Shown piece after piece: positions 47,298 to 56,751 of a DNA stretch of 64,000 nt. Made by a program: the position numbers and the translations under genes. The DNA is from Candidatus Beckwithbacteria bacterium (GTDB lineage Bacteria; Patescibacteriota; Microgenomatia; UBA1400; CG1-02-47-37). Every line of letters begins with the position of its first letter. The stretch's first letter is position 1. The notes beneath the pieces are model-generated. The model was not told the DNA's origin. It was given only the letters and a program-made list of their open reading frames with translations, and ran no database searches. The stretch spans positions 9,481-73,480 of the forward strand of contig JAPLVF010000013.1 in assembly GCA_026397255.1 (NCBI GenBank), in the 5' to 3' direction.

Positions 47298-48850
47298 AAT
47301 GGCGTTTTAACAATCCGGAAGGCCGGTTGACCATCAGGGAAATTAATTACTTTAATTATACCAACGGCATCAGCGGGAATTTCCTCAGGAGAACCGATAA
47401 TTAAAACGTTGCTTTTCTGGCTATCCTCTGGCCAATTAATGTTGCGAAAAAGATATTTGCTCATCGCTCCCCAGAAAACACTGGCGGCCTTTCTGTCTTG
47501 ATAGAAATAGGTAAAAATATACGGTTGTCCATAAGTGCTGGTAATAATAATTTTATTAACCTGATTTTCTTGCTGGCGGGCAAAATCTGCTGCTAACTGA
47601 TAGCCATATTGCCAAACCGGAGCAGAATAAACCGGATAAACGACAAAATAGTGATAAAGAAAATAAGCTAGATTAACGATAAATAAAATAACCACTAAGG
47701 TTCTTAATTGGGATTTTAACAAACGTAAAAAATAAACTAAACCAATAGCGGTAATGATAATTAATGCCGGTAAAACATTGTCAGAACGAAGCGGGTGAGG
47801 TACATCCCGACCAATCATGGCCGGAATCGGGCCGACAATTAACCACCAAAAAAGTAATTTTGACCAAGTTGCGGATCTTTTTTTCAGCAAATAAATTAAT
47901 CCCATCAGTAAAAACGGCGCTTCAATTAATAACAGCGGGCCGACTGTTTTAAGTTGTAACTGAGGCATAAGGCTGCTGCCGGAAAAAAGATAGGCGGGAG
48001 AGTAATGAATAATATAGTTTTTAAAGGCTTGGTTAATTAAGGAAAATTTCAACGGTAACGGTTGATCTTTTTCGTAAAAAATCGAAGTACTCTCAAACCG
48101 ATTGGCCCCTTTTTGGAAAACTATTTCCTTAATTAAGGGGATAAGTAACAATAATCCCAGGGTGACTGAACCAATCAGCCAATAACTATTTTTTTTGACA
48201 AAAATCTGCCGCCGGAAAATAAAAATTATTCCCAATAAAAATACCGGCACAAAAATTTTGGGACTGTGATAAGTATAGAAAGACAATACAAAACTTAAAA
48301 CAGAAAACAGGTAATATTTAGGTTTGGTTAAAGACTTTAAAAACAGATAAGTTCCCGATAAAACAAACATTAAGGCTAAATTAGCTTCAAAGGCCGGCCG
48401 GGATAAAATTACCTGCCAGGGAGTAATCGCCATCAGTAAAGCTGCTAATGGTGCGGTGTACGGTGTACGGAGTCCGGAGTTTAACAATAATGCATTAGTA
48501 ATCAAGTAAATCAAATAAACACTGGCAATGCCGGCGAGAACGGAAACCAGGCGGACAGAAATAGGGTTAGCTCCCAATAAACCAACAAAGGGGGCGGTTA
48601 AATAAATATAGACCGGCGCTTTATAATCACCGAAAGATTTAAAACTCCAGGGTAAATGAGTACCATATTCGTCCAGCCGCGTCTCCCAAATAGTTTTAGC
48701 ATTCCAGCCAATCGCCGCTTCATCCCAGTTTAAAGAGGCTGGATCAGAGCCTAAATGATAAAACCGCAGAACCCCGGCTAATAAAATTATCAGCAGCAAT
48801 AAAAAATTACGCTTGAATAAAAATCTCATATTAAAATTGGTATTTTTCAA
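47294..48850 (-). CDS. PMT/ArnT-like GT-C glycosyltransferase
   Basis: NWDEAAIGWNAKTIWETRLDEYGTHLPWSFKSFGDYKAPVYIY. Confidence 0.65.
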   Translation of the reverse strand: MKNTNFNMRFLFKRNFLLLLIILLAGVLRFYHLGSDPASLNWDEAAIGWNAKTIWETRLDEYGTHLPWSFKSFGDYKAPVYIYLTAPFVGLLGANPISVRLVSVLAGIASVYLIYLITNALLLNSGLRTPYTAPLAALLMAITPWQVILSRPAFEANLALMFVLSGTYLFLKSLTKPKYYLFSVLSFVLSFYTYHSPKIFVPVFLLGIIFIFRRQIFVKKNSYWLIGSVTLGLLLLIPLIKEIVFQKGANRFESTSIFYEKDQPLPLKFSLINQAFKNYIIHYSPAYLFSGSSLMPQLQLKTVGPLLLIEAPFLLMGLIYLLKKRSATWSKLLFWWLIVGPIPAMIGRDVPHPLRSDNVLPALIIITAIGLVYFLRLLKSQLRTLVVILFIVNLAYFLYHYFVVYPVYSAPVWQYGYQLAADFARQQENQVNKIIITSTYGQPYIFTYFYQDRKAASVFWGAMSKYLFRNINWPEDSQKSNVLIIGSPEEIPADAVGIIKVINFPDGQPAFRIVKTPL

Positions 48851-50333
48851 CTATGATTATGCCGAAATTAGTTTTATCAATTAATTTTTTCCCTTCAGTA
48901 AGAGGGCGATACCAATCTAAAAACCAAGGCTTGAGTTCAGCTTGATTATTTTTCATCCAGGTATCCGGCTCATAAATCACAAAATATTCCTGGGTAAATT
49001 CAGTGAAGCGCAAGTTTTTAATACCTTGTTTTTGCGCTTCCCTTTTTAATAAATATTCATAAGTGGCCGGGCGGCCATCCGGAGGCCTTGCCCAGATTGC
49101 CTGACCGTTATAATTTTTCAAAACATAGTTAACCGTTTTATTAAGCTGCATTAATGAATATCCGAGACTGTTTGGAAACAAAAATGTATCCGCCTGAGAA
49201 ACATTGGAAAAAATTATTATTGATAAAACAGCAACTTTTAAAACACGGCCGTGTTTAATAAACTTTGTTAAAGAAACCAATGAATAACTGGCAAGAAGAA
49301 GCAAGGGTAAGAATTGAGAAACTATATAATAGTCGAAAAAGAAGCCAAAATTTCCGGTATAAAAAAGATAGCAAACGATCGGGAATAATAACCATAATAA
49401 CAATAAAATTATTCCTTTTCTATCTTTGACTGAAACTTTTTTAAAGAAGTAAACAGGCAGAAAAATTATACCTAATAATAAGGCTGAGCTGACAAGAGGA
49501 AAAAACATTTTGTTTAAAATACTCGGAGTTAAAGAGTTAATAAACCATTGATTAAAAAAACCCGGCCGGGAGTGCCAAACAACTGCAAGGCTGGTTTTAT
49601 TAACGTCACTGATAAAGTTTCCCAGCAAAGACTTTGAGAGAAGATGCTCATGACGAAAATTGAAAAGTAGCTGCGGGAAAAAGGTGCTTAAAAATAACCC
49701 CAGACCTAAGAATAAATTAATCAATCCGATTTTCTTCCAAGACGGCAGCAAATAAAGAAAAATCGCTAAGGTTAAAAAGAAAGCATTGGCTAACTGCGTT
49801 TGAAGACTGAGACCCATAACTAAACCTAAAAGCGGAAAGTATTTCTTGTTGTCTTGTTTGATTTTGTAGGCTAACCAAAACATTAATAAAGAAATAAACA
49901 TCAGCGGGGAGGGATTTGACAACATTCTGGAAAAGTAAATGCCCTGACTGGAAAAACATAATAAAGCGGCAGCGAGTAAACCAACTTTTTTACCAAATAG
50001 GTCTTTCCCCAGTAAATAAATTAAATAAATACTTAATGTTCCCAATAAAACCATTTCTGTTGCCGGCCAAACAGGATTCCCCTGTCCTAAAAAATAAAAA
50101 GGTAAAATTAAATAATAAAAAAACGGCCCGAGAAAGACTCCTTCAATACCGGTAGTCGGGCCAATTAGTACGGGTTTATGATTTTTAATTATTGACTCAA
50201 CTACCAGAGCATCACGACCTTGATCGTAACCAAAATGAAGATTTAGATGTAAATTCCAAATCCGCAAAAGAAAACCAATACTTAACAAAAATATTAAAAT
50301 TGAATTTTTCTTTACGAAAATCTTAAAAGGCAT
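48831..50333 (-). CDS. polytopic membrane protein, paralog of the 36228-37643 gene
   Basis: GYDQGRDALVVESIIKNHKPVLIGPTTGIEGVFLGPFFYY parallels YDHGRDALAVLDL...GPWTSIQGVFFGPGWYY. Confidence 0.5.
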   Translation of the reverse strand: MPFKIFVKKNSILIFLLSIGFLLRIWNLHLNLHFGYDQGRDALVVESIIKNHKPVLIGPTTGIEGVFLGPFFYYLILPFYFLGQGNPVWPATEMVLLGTLSIYLIYLLGKDLFGKKVGLLAAALLCFSSQGIYFSRMLSNPSPLMFISLLMFWLAYKIKQDNKKYFPLLGLVMGLSLQTQLANAFFLTLAIFLYLLPSWKKIGLINLFLGLGLFLSTFFPQLLFNFRHEHLLSKSLLGNFISDVNKTSLAVVWHSRPGFFNQWFINSLTPSILNKMFFPLVSSALLLGIIFLPVYFFKKVSVKDRKGIILLLLWLLFPIVCYLFYTGNFGFFFDYYIVSQFLPLLLLASYSLVSLTKFIKHGRVLKVAVLSIIIFSNVSQADTFLFPNSLGYSLMQLNKTVNYVLKNYNGQAIWARPPDGRPATYEYLLKREAQKQGIKNLRFTEFTQEYFVIYEPDTWMKNNQAELKPWFLDWYRPLTEGKKLIDKTNFGIIIVEKYQF

Positions 50334-50337
50334 AATA

Positions 50338-51081
50338 CTAATTATATCTTCCTAAAGAAGATACCAATTTAAAACAAATAAAAACAGGCTCAAAAAAATC
50401 TGTCCAGGAAAGTTTAGACACACCTGCCCGGCGGTCTTTAAAAACAATCGGAATTTCTTTAACTTTATAACCATTTTTTAAAACCCGAAAGACCGCTTCC
50501 ATAGAAATAGCCAGGCCTTTTCGGGAAAAAAGGCTAGCTGGGTTAATTGATTCCAGGGCTTTTCTCTTATATGCCTTAAAACCTGAACCCATGTCTGTTA
50601 AATGAATTCCCAAAATGAAGCGGAAAATAATTCCGGAAAGCCGACTAATTAAGGTGCGGAAAGGAGAACGATTGACCTCACTTCCACCTGGTAAAAACCG
50701 AGAACCCAAAACTACATCGATTTCTGGTTTTGATAGCTGCCGAAGCATTAGAGGAATATATTGCGGATCATGAGAAAAATCCGCATCCATTTCTATAATG
50801 GCATCTGCCTTTTGTTTTAAACAATACCTGAAGGCATCTTTGCCGGCCAAAGCCCGGCCACGCGGCGGTTGGCGGTGTAAAACACTAATTTCCTTGGGAA
50901 ATTTGACGGTTAATTTATCGGCAATTTCTCCGGTTCTGTCAGTGGAATTATCATCGATAATCGCAATATGTAAATTGGGAATTTTAAGCTGAAGAATAGT
51001 GGCAACTAAATCGGCAAGATTCCCTTCTTCATTATGGCAGGGTAAAAACAACCAAATGTTTTTAAAAAGAAATTTTGCCAT
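50338..51081 (-). CDS. GT2 polyprenol-phosphate sugar synthase (DPM1-like)
   Basis: WLFLPCHNEEGNL...IDDNSTDRT...EMDADFSHDP. Confidence 0.8.
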   Translation of the reverse strand: MAKFLFKNIWLFLPCHNEEGNLADLVATILQLKIPNLHIAIIDDNSTDRTGEIADKLTVKFPKEISVLHRQPPRGRALAGKDAFRYCLKQKADAIIEMDADFSHDPQYIPLMLRQLSKPEIDVVLGSRFLPGGSEVNRSPFRTLISRLSGIIFRFILGIHLTDMGSGFKAYKRKALESINPASLFSRKGLAISMEAVFRVLKNGYKVKEIPIVFKDRRAGVSKLSWTDFFEPVFICFKLVSSLGRYN

Positions 51082-51781
51082 TTTGATAGTCCTTGGTAAC
51101 TTGCGTTAATCTTTCCGGCGTACCCATATCCTTAGAATAACAGTCGGAATAATAGGCGTAAAGTCTTTGACCGCGGGCTAACAAACCGGGAATTAACTGC
51201 TCTTCTAAAGAAAATTCAGTTTTTCCGGGAATAAAGTCCAAAACTTGCGGTGTAAAGATATGAGTGCCGGTTTTAGCCAGCGGCTTAAATTTATCTCCCT
51301 GGTGGGGCCGGAAAAAACGTTTAATCAAAAAATTGTGATCAGACTCAACCAAATCTGAGTCAAACGGATGATCGGTCGGGTGCACTAAAAAAGTTCCCAA
51401 ACCCGCCTTTAACTGATGAAATTTAGCCATAGCGGTTAAATCAACATTGGTCATGACGTCACCGTTAAGAACAAAAAAACTGTCGTTTTTCAATAATTTT
51501 TCCGCCAGTTTTAAGGCACCGGCGCCGCCCATGATTTGGTTAATTTCACGCGAGTAATTAATGTGAACACCAAACTTATTTCCATCTTGAAAATAATCAG
51601 TAATGACTTTTGGAAAATAATGAAGATTAATAATAATGTCTTTAAAGCCGTGAAAAGAACAAAGATTAATTAAGTGTTCGAGAATTGGTTTGTCTCCGAT
51701 TTTAACCATTACCTTGGGCTGATGGTTAGTTAAGGGTTTTAATCTGGTCCCCAAGCCGGCGGCTAAAATAAAAACTTTCAT
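51062..51781 (-). CDS. sugar-1-phosphate nucleotidyltransferase, HddC/GmhD-like
   Basis: MKVFILAAGLGTRLKPLT nucleotidyltransferase signature. Placed immediately after the heptose kinase/phosphatase and isomerase genes. Confidence 0.7.
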   Translation of the reverse strand: MKVFILAAGLGTRLKPLTNHQPKVMVKIGDKPILEHLINLCSFHGFKDIIINLHYFPKVITDYFQDGNKFGVHINYSREINQIMGGAGALKLAEKLLKNDSFFVLNGDVMTNVDLTAMAKFHQLKAGLGTFLVHPTDHPFDSDLVESDHNFLIKRFFRPHQGDKFKPLAKTGTHIFTPQVLDFIPGKTEFSLEEQLIPGLLARGQRLYAYYSDCYSKDMGTPERLTQVTKDYQNGKISF

Positions 51782-53394
51782 TTATGTTTGAGAATAAACT
51801 TCACCGCCGCCAATAAATCCTGACAAGTTTCATCGGGGTGGCCGGGATAAAGAGGATCCTTGCCGGCATGACCGGTTTTAACTAAAATTGTAAAAACATT
51901 TTCTTTTTTACCCATGAGAATATCCCGGCCATTATCGCCGACCACATAAGATTTGTTTAAATCTAAATTAAACATTTCTGAAGCTCTGACAATCATACCC
52001 GAATCCGGCTTTCTCCAGGAGCATTGGCTGATGTAGTCGGGATTAAAGGCCGTCGGATGATGAGGGCAGTAAAAGAGGGCATCAATATAAGCGCTTTTTT
52101 CCCCGAGTTTTTCCAGCATATAACGATGCAGTTTCTGGACTTGGTCCTCATCACATAATCCCCGGGCAACAACAGAGGCGTTATGGTAAACAATCACCGG
52201 AATATCAGCCATGTTTAATAACTTAATTGCCTGGATTGAACCGGGAATAAACTCAAAATCTTTTAATTGGTAAAGTAAATGAGTTTCCTTATTAATCACT
52301 CCATCGCGATCCAAAAAAACAGCCCAATTTTTCTTGGGGGTAAATTTTTCTCTGATGAGAACCGGATGAAAATTATTTTCATGCTCAATTTTGGTGACCT
52401 GTAAACCTACTTCATCAAGATTAAAATTAATTATTTGAACCCCTTCGGCTTCCAGAGCGCTGATTAACTGCTTCTGTTTTTCCGGCGGGCAGAAAAAAAA
52501 CATATGACCTTCACCGCCGGCGCCCATCACCTTGCCGCCGAGCGCCCCCTGTTGGCGGGCCAAATCATAAAGAGAGTCTAACCGGTTATTGGTCGCCGCC
52601 GGGTTGGAACGTTTTTTATTCTGCCAAGACTTATTTAAAATCCCACCCAGTTTCAGCCATTTTTTCTGGAGCAAAAAACGGTGAAATTCCGCAGTGGCTG
52701 ATTTTAGGTCTAATAAGGCTTTAATTTTATTTTTTTCGGACATGCCTTTTTTCAGCTGTTTTTGCATTTCGCTGGAATGACGGGAACCGCCGGTAAAACA
52801 AAGCACTAACCAACGGTTTAGCTCGAGTTTGACTTGAGCGTTTAAGTTAATTCCCTTAACCGAAAAATTATTGTTTTTCCCGAAAGTCATCAGATTGACG
52901 CCCCCGAAAACAGCGGCAAGCTGATCTTGCTTGCCGGAAATCCATTTCAGCTCTTTTGTTTCCATTTCCCAGGCAAGAAGGGCAATTTCCTTTTTAGTTA
53001 AATTTAAAGCTAGCCATTGGTTAAAAGCACCGATAATGGCTACGGCAGCCGCTCCGGAGCTGCCTAAGCCGGCCGAATGGTTGCCCTCAAAACGGTCATA
53101 AAGATTAAAGCCGGTCGGGAGATGCTTTTTAAAATTATTTAAAATCGCATAAACTAAATCAAACTTTTTATCCTCGCCGTAACCGGGGAAAGGCTTATCA
53201 AGACTAAGTTGGCGGACTTCGCCTAAATTCTCAATAAAAATATTCCGGTCTTCCCGGGGAACTAAGGTTACCCGATGATACAAAGAAATCGCCAGGCTAA
53301 TCACTTCCCCGCCATATTGGGAAGCAAAGGGATCAACATCGGTCCCTCCCCCGATTAGACCAATCCGGGTAGGGGCCTGGGAGATAATTTTCAT
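51778..53394 (-). CDS. bifunctional D-glycero-D-manno-heptose 7-phosphate kinase (HddA-like GHMP) / D,D-heptose 1,7-bisphosphate phosphatase (GmhB)
   Basis: N-terminal half has the GHMP motif HSAGLGSSGAAAVAI. C-terminal half has VFLDRDGVIN plus CPHHP...C.WRKP zinc loop and VGD, the GmhB (HAD IIIA) signatures. Confidence 0.75.
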   Translation of the reverse strand: MKIISQAPTRIGLIGGGTDVDPFASQYGGEVISLAISLYHRVTLVPREDRNIFIENLGEVRQLSLDKPFPGYGEDKKFDLVYAILNNFKKHLPTGFNLYDRFEGNHSAGLGSSGAAAVAIIGAFNQWLALNLTKKEIALLAWEMETKELKWISGKQDQLAAVFGGVNLMTFGKNNNFSVKGINLNAQVKLELNRWLVLCFTGGSRHSSEMQKQLKKGMSEKNKIKALLDLKSATAEFHRFLLQKKWLKLGGILNKSWQNKKRSNPAATNNRLDSLYDLARQQGALGGKVMGAGGEGHMFFFCPPEKQKQLISALEAEGVQIINFNLDEVGLQVTKIEHENNFHPVLIREKFTPKKNWAVFLDRDGVINKETHLLYQLKDFEFIPGSIQAIKLLNMADIPVIVYHNASVVARGLCDEDQVQKLHRYMLEKLGEKSAYIDALFYCPHHPTAFNPDYISQCSWRKPDSGMIVRASEMFNLDLNKSYVVGDNGRDILMGKKENVFTILVKTGHAGKDPLYPGHPDETCQDLLAAVKFILKHK

Positions 53395-53996
53395 AAATTT
53401 ATTTTGGGAAAAATGGCCTGTTCAACTAAATCACAAATTATATGTAAAGCCAAAAGCTGGCCTTCTTGAATCCGCGGTGTATCCGAAGAAGGAATTTTGA
53501 CAGCGGCATCGAGCAATGGTAAGGCAATTTTGGTTTTATCACTGACTAAGCCAATTGTTTTTAGGCCGATTTTTCTGGCTGATTCCAGGGCCAAACCTAA
53601 GTTTCTCGAGTGAAAATTAGCCTCATTCAGGGAAACATCGCTGGTAGTAATAATGATTAAAACATCACCTTTTTTCCCTAAGGCTTCAACTTGTTTAGAA
53701 AAAACATAGCTAAAACCAAAGTCATTGCTGATTGAAGTTAAGTTGGAGGTATCGGTGGTCAAGGCGATTGCCGCTAAAGGACTTCTGTCCAAACGGAATT
53801 TATTAATCATTTCCGCGGCAATGTGCTGCGCCTGGGAAGCACTGCCGCCATTACCGCAAAGCAATACTTTCCCGGCTTGCTTAAATGTTTTGATAATCAT
53901 CTGCGCCGCTTGTAAAATGCCTGCTTGACAATTTTTAATCATGGCGGCGGAGACAACTGAAGCGGTTTGCAACTGATCAATTATTATTTTTGTCAT
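53391..53996 (-). CDS. gmhA: phosphoheptose isomerase (SIS domain)
   Basis: LLCGNGGSASQAQHIAAEM matches the GmhA signature GNGGSA.DAQHFAAE. Confidence 0.8.
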   Translation of the reverse strand: MTKIIIDQLQTASVVSAAMIKNCQAGILQAAQMIIKTFKQAGKVLLCGNGGSASQAQHIAAEMINKFRLDRSPLAAIALTTDTSNLTSISNDFGFSYVFSKQVEALGKKGDVLIIITTSDVSLNEANFHSRNLGLALESARKIGLKTIGLVSDKTKIALPLLDAAVKIPSSDTPRIQEGQLLALHIICDLVEQAIFPKINL

Positions 53997-53999
53997 AAT

Positions 54000-54875
54000 T
54001 TATATTTTACCAAAAGGTTGGACCTTTTTGAATGATAACCACAAATAGATGGCTTGGAAAAAAGCAAGAATAAATAAGCCATGAGTTCTAATTGAGGTAA
54101 ATATAAAATGGTATGGCAGCCAGAGGAAATGCTCCAAAAGCCGGCGGCCGTGAATGTTTTTCCAAACAAATAAAATCTGGTTACGTAAAGCCATCAACTC
54201 CATTTTTCTTTTGCCAAAGACACTGACATTAGTCGTTTCGTGATGGTGATAAACTACGGCTTTCGGTTCAAATAAAATTTTCCAGTGGAATTTTTCTCTG
54301 GCTGTCCAGGATAAATCAATATCTTCCCAATAGGCCGGTTTGTATAAAGGATCCATACCACCAATCTGTAAATATTTTTTGCGGTCAAAGGCGCTCGAGC
54401 CACCGGTGGCCCAGCAGTTAGTTACCTTCCTTTTCAAATTCCCGATGGGGACGGCTGAATGGACCAAAAATCCGCGCTGAAATCGGCATTGGTTCCGGCC
54501 GGAAAATGCCTCTTTATTCTCATGACTTTGAATTTCCAAACAGGAAACGGCAAAAACACTATCGTCACGGAAATGAGCCAGCAACGGCGCCAGAAAATTT
54601 GGTTTCGGAGCGACATCAGAGTTTAGCAATACCACAACGTCACCATGAGCGGCTTTAACGCCATTATTACAGGAAACGGCAAAACGCTGATTGATTTTAT
54701 TAACCACCACTTTTACCTGAGGAAAATTTTGTTTTAGAAAATCTCTCGTGTCGTCCGGAGAAGCGTCGTCAACGACAATAATTTCTGCACCCGGGCAAGC
54801 CTTAATCACTAGCGGTAAGTATTTGATTAAGGGTAGTTTTTTCCAGTTGGGAATAACGACGGAAACTGTTTTCAT
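54000..54875 (-). CDS. glycosyltransferase family 2
   Basis: VSVVIPNWKK...IIVVDDASPDDT, a GT2 N-terminal fold. Confidence 0.75.
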   Translation of the reverse strand: MKTVSVVIPNWKKLPLIKYLPLVIKACPGAEIIVVDDASPDDTRDFLKQNFPQVKVVVNKINQRFAVSCNNGVKAAHGDVVVLLNSDVAPKPNFLAPLLAHFRDDSVFAVSCLEIQSHENKEAFSGRNQCRFQRGFLVHSAVPIGNLKRKVTNCWATGGSSAFDRKKYLQIGGMDPLYKPAYWEDIDLSWTAREKFHWKILFEPKAVVYHHHETTNVSVFGKRKMELMALRNQILFVWKNIHGRRLLEHFLWLPYHFIFTSIRTHGLFILAFFQAIYLWLSFKKVQPFGKI

Positions 54876-55969
54876 AAGTTAAAAATTTTCCTGGTGGTTT
54901 GGCAAAACTTGATTAAAGAAAAATCTTTGGCCCGTTTTTGGGCTTGAGTCGATAATTTCTGCCATAGTTTTTGATCGTCAATCAATTCCCCGGTTTGCTG
55001 AATCAACTGCGGTTGTGTCTGCCAGAGAAGGCCGTCGACCGCGTGGTTAACGATTTCCGTTTGCCCGCCTTTTTTAATTACCACCGGTACGGCAGCGGCG
55101 GCCATGGCTTCAATCGTCGAGATGCCGAAATGCTCCGCCGCCTGCGGATTGGTTTGTTCATCAATCCTATAGCCGGTCGCGTGCCAATAGATTTTTGCTT
55201 GGCCGTAAGCCTGAAGCAAGGAATCAAAACTGGTCTTTGACGGTAAATCAATCGGATAACCCTGAGCCAAACTTTTAACGCGGTTAAAATAATTAAGATT
55301 GTCCTTACCTTTATCAACCGGGCCGATTAGTTTCAGGCGCCAACCAACTAAACCCTGATCGCACATTTTCCGGAAAGTTTTAACCAAAAAATCCTGGCGT
55401 TTGCAGTGTTTGTTAAGCGATGGTGAAAACCAGCGGCCGACGCTAACGATCAGATTCTGTTTTGGCTGCGGTACAAAAATTTCGGTATCAACCGCCCCCC
55501 AGTGAACAAAATTAATTTTAATTTTCCAGATTCGCTCCAGTGCCTGTTTACAAAAAAATGAGTGGGTGGTTTTGACCTGCCAGGTGTTTAATTTTAACCG
55601 CTGTATTAAACCGGGCGGCCGGTTAAAGGGAATCATAAAGTGAGCGATGTTTCTTTTGGCTCCGGAGACAAAAAAACTAGCATCGGTCATGTAGTAAAAA
55701 ACATCATAACCACCGGTAAATTGCCACCGTCCCCAAGCGGAACTACCCGGACCGAACGGCCCGGGAATAACATTTAAACCATCAAGCTTTAAGTGAAAAT
55801 TGTCAGTAAATTTTTGTTTCAAGCCGGAAATCAGTTTGATTTTATTCCGGGGAATAATTAAATCCACCCGGTGCTTTGGCAATAAACATTCAGCCACGGT
55901 TAATAAATAGCGTTCGCCGCCGCCGATGTTATCTGCCAAAAATGGACTATATAAACCGATCCGGCTCAT
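54872..55969 (-). CDS. glycosyltransferase family 4
   Basis: EHFGISTIEAMAAAAVPVVIKKGG motif. Confidence 0.7.
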   Translation of the reverse strand: MSRIGLYSPFLADNIGGGERYLLTVAECLLPKHRVDLIIPRNKIKLISGLKQKFTDNFHLKLDGLNVIPGPFGPGSSAWGRWQFTGGYDVFYYMTDASFFVSGAKRNIAHFMIPFNRPPGLIQRLKLNTWQVKTTHSFFCKQALERIWKIKINFVHWGAVDTEIFVPQPKQNLIVSVGRWFSPSLNKHCKRQDFLVKTFRKMCDQGLVGWRLKLIGPVDKGKDNLNYFNRVKSLAQGYPIDLPSKTSFDSLLQAYGQAKIYWHATGYRIDEQTNPQAAEHFGISTIEAMAAAAVPVVIKKGGQTEIVNHAVDGLLWQTQPQLIQQTGELIDDQKLWQKLSTQAQKRAKDFSLIKFCQTTRKIFNL

Positions 55970-56751
55970 TTTGGTTTTCTGGCAACGCAGACCACACAGG
56001 CGCTGTATAGCCAGTTTAAATGGAATAAATTATAAAATCTTTTAAGCCTCTGGCCAAAAATGGTCAAACGGAAATCCGGATTGTTAATCTCTTGTCTTAA
56101 ACCAGGCCAATCAAGCCACAAGCCGATGCTTTTTTGGGGATTAAGGTCATCTTTAGGGAAAAACTTCGCTTCAACAAAACCGGCCTGCGTCATAAACTTT
56201 TTAAGTTCGTCTTTAGTGTAATGATATTCGTAAAATTCTCGGGCAAATTTTGCTGGCTTTCTTGGTTTTATAAAGCGTAACCAGCGGCGCGATCGTCTAA
56301 TCAGGTTATCAAACGGCACTTCGACAATTGCCAGGCCGCCAGGCTTTAGCACCCGAAAAGCTGCAACCAGGACTGCTTGCGGCCCGTCAATAAAATGTTC
56401 GACTACGCCCAAAGAAAGGTAAACAGCAAAACTATTTGGCTTAAACGGCAGCTGACGGACATCGCCCAACTTAATCCGGGCCGCCGGATAATAACCGGTA
56501 AGTTTTTTTAAAGCTAAAAGGTTGTTGTCGACACCGACAATATTATAGCCTCTTTTGCCAAAATAAATTATCCACTTGCCGGCGCAGCAGCCGGCCTCAA
56601 TGATGGCTGGTTTTTTAGTTAAATACTTTCTAAAAATCGGTAAGAGACCATCGCTTTGACACAATTCCATTTCCCGTTGGTAATTGGTTTTTTGCCAATA
56701 AGAATCCCATTGGGTGGCACTGGTTTTGGGAACAAAGACTTTATCGGCCAT
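55966..56751 (-). CDS. class I SAM-dependent methyltransferase
   Basis: IIEAGCCAGKW motif I and VLKPGG. Start set at the internal MADKVFV Met because the longest ORF (to 56889) overlaps the upstream GT2 by 149 bp. Confidence 0.65.
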   Translation of the reverse strand: MADKVFVPKTSATQWDSYWQKTNYQREMELCQSDGLLPIFRKYLTKKPAIIEAGCCAGKWIIYFGKRGYNIVGVDNNLLALKKLTGYYPAARIKLGDVRQLPFKPNSFAVYLSLGVVEHFIDGPQAVLVAAFRVLKPGGLAIVEVPFDNLIRRSRRWLRFIKPRKPAKFAREFYEYHYTKDELKKFMTQAGFVEAKFFPKDDLNPQKSIGLWLDWPGLRQEINNPDFRLTIFGQRLKRFYNLFHLNWLYSACVVCVARKPK

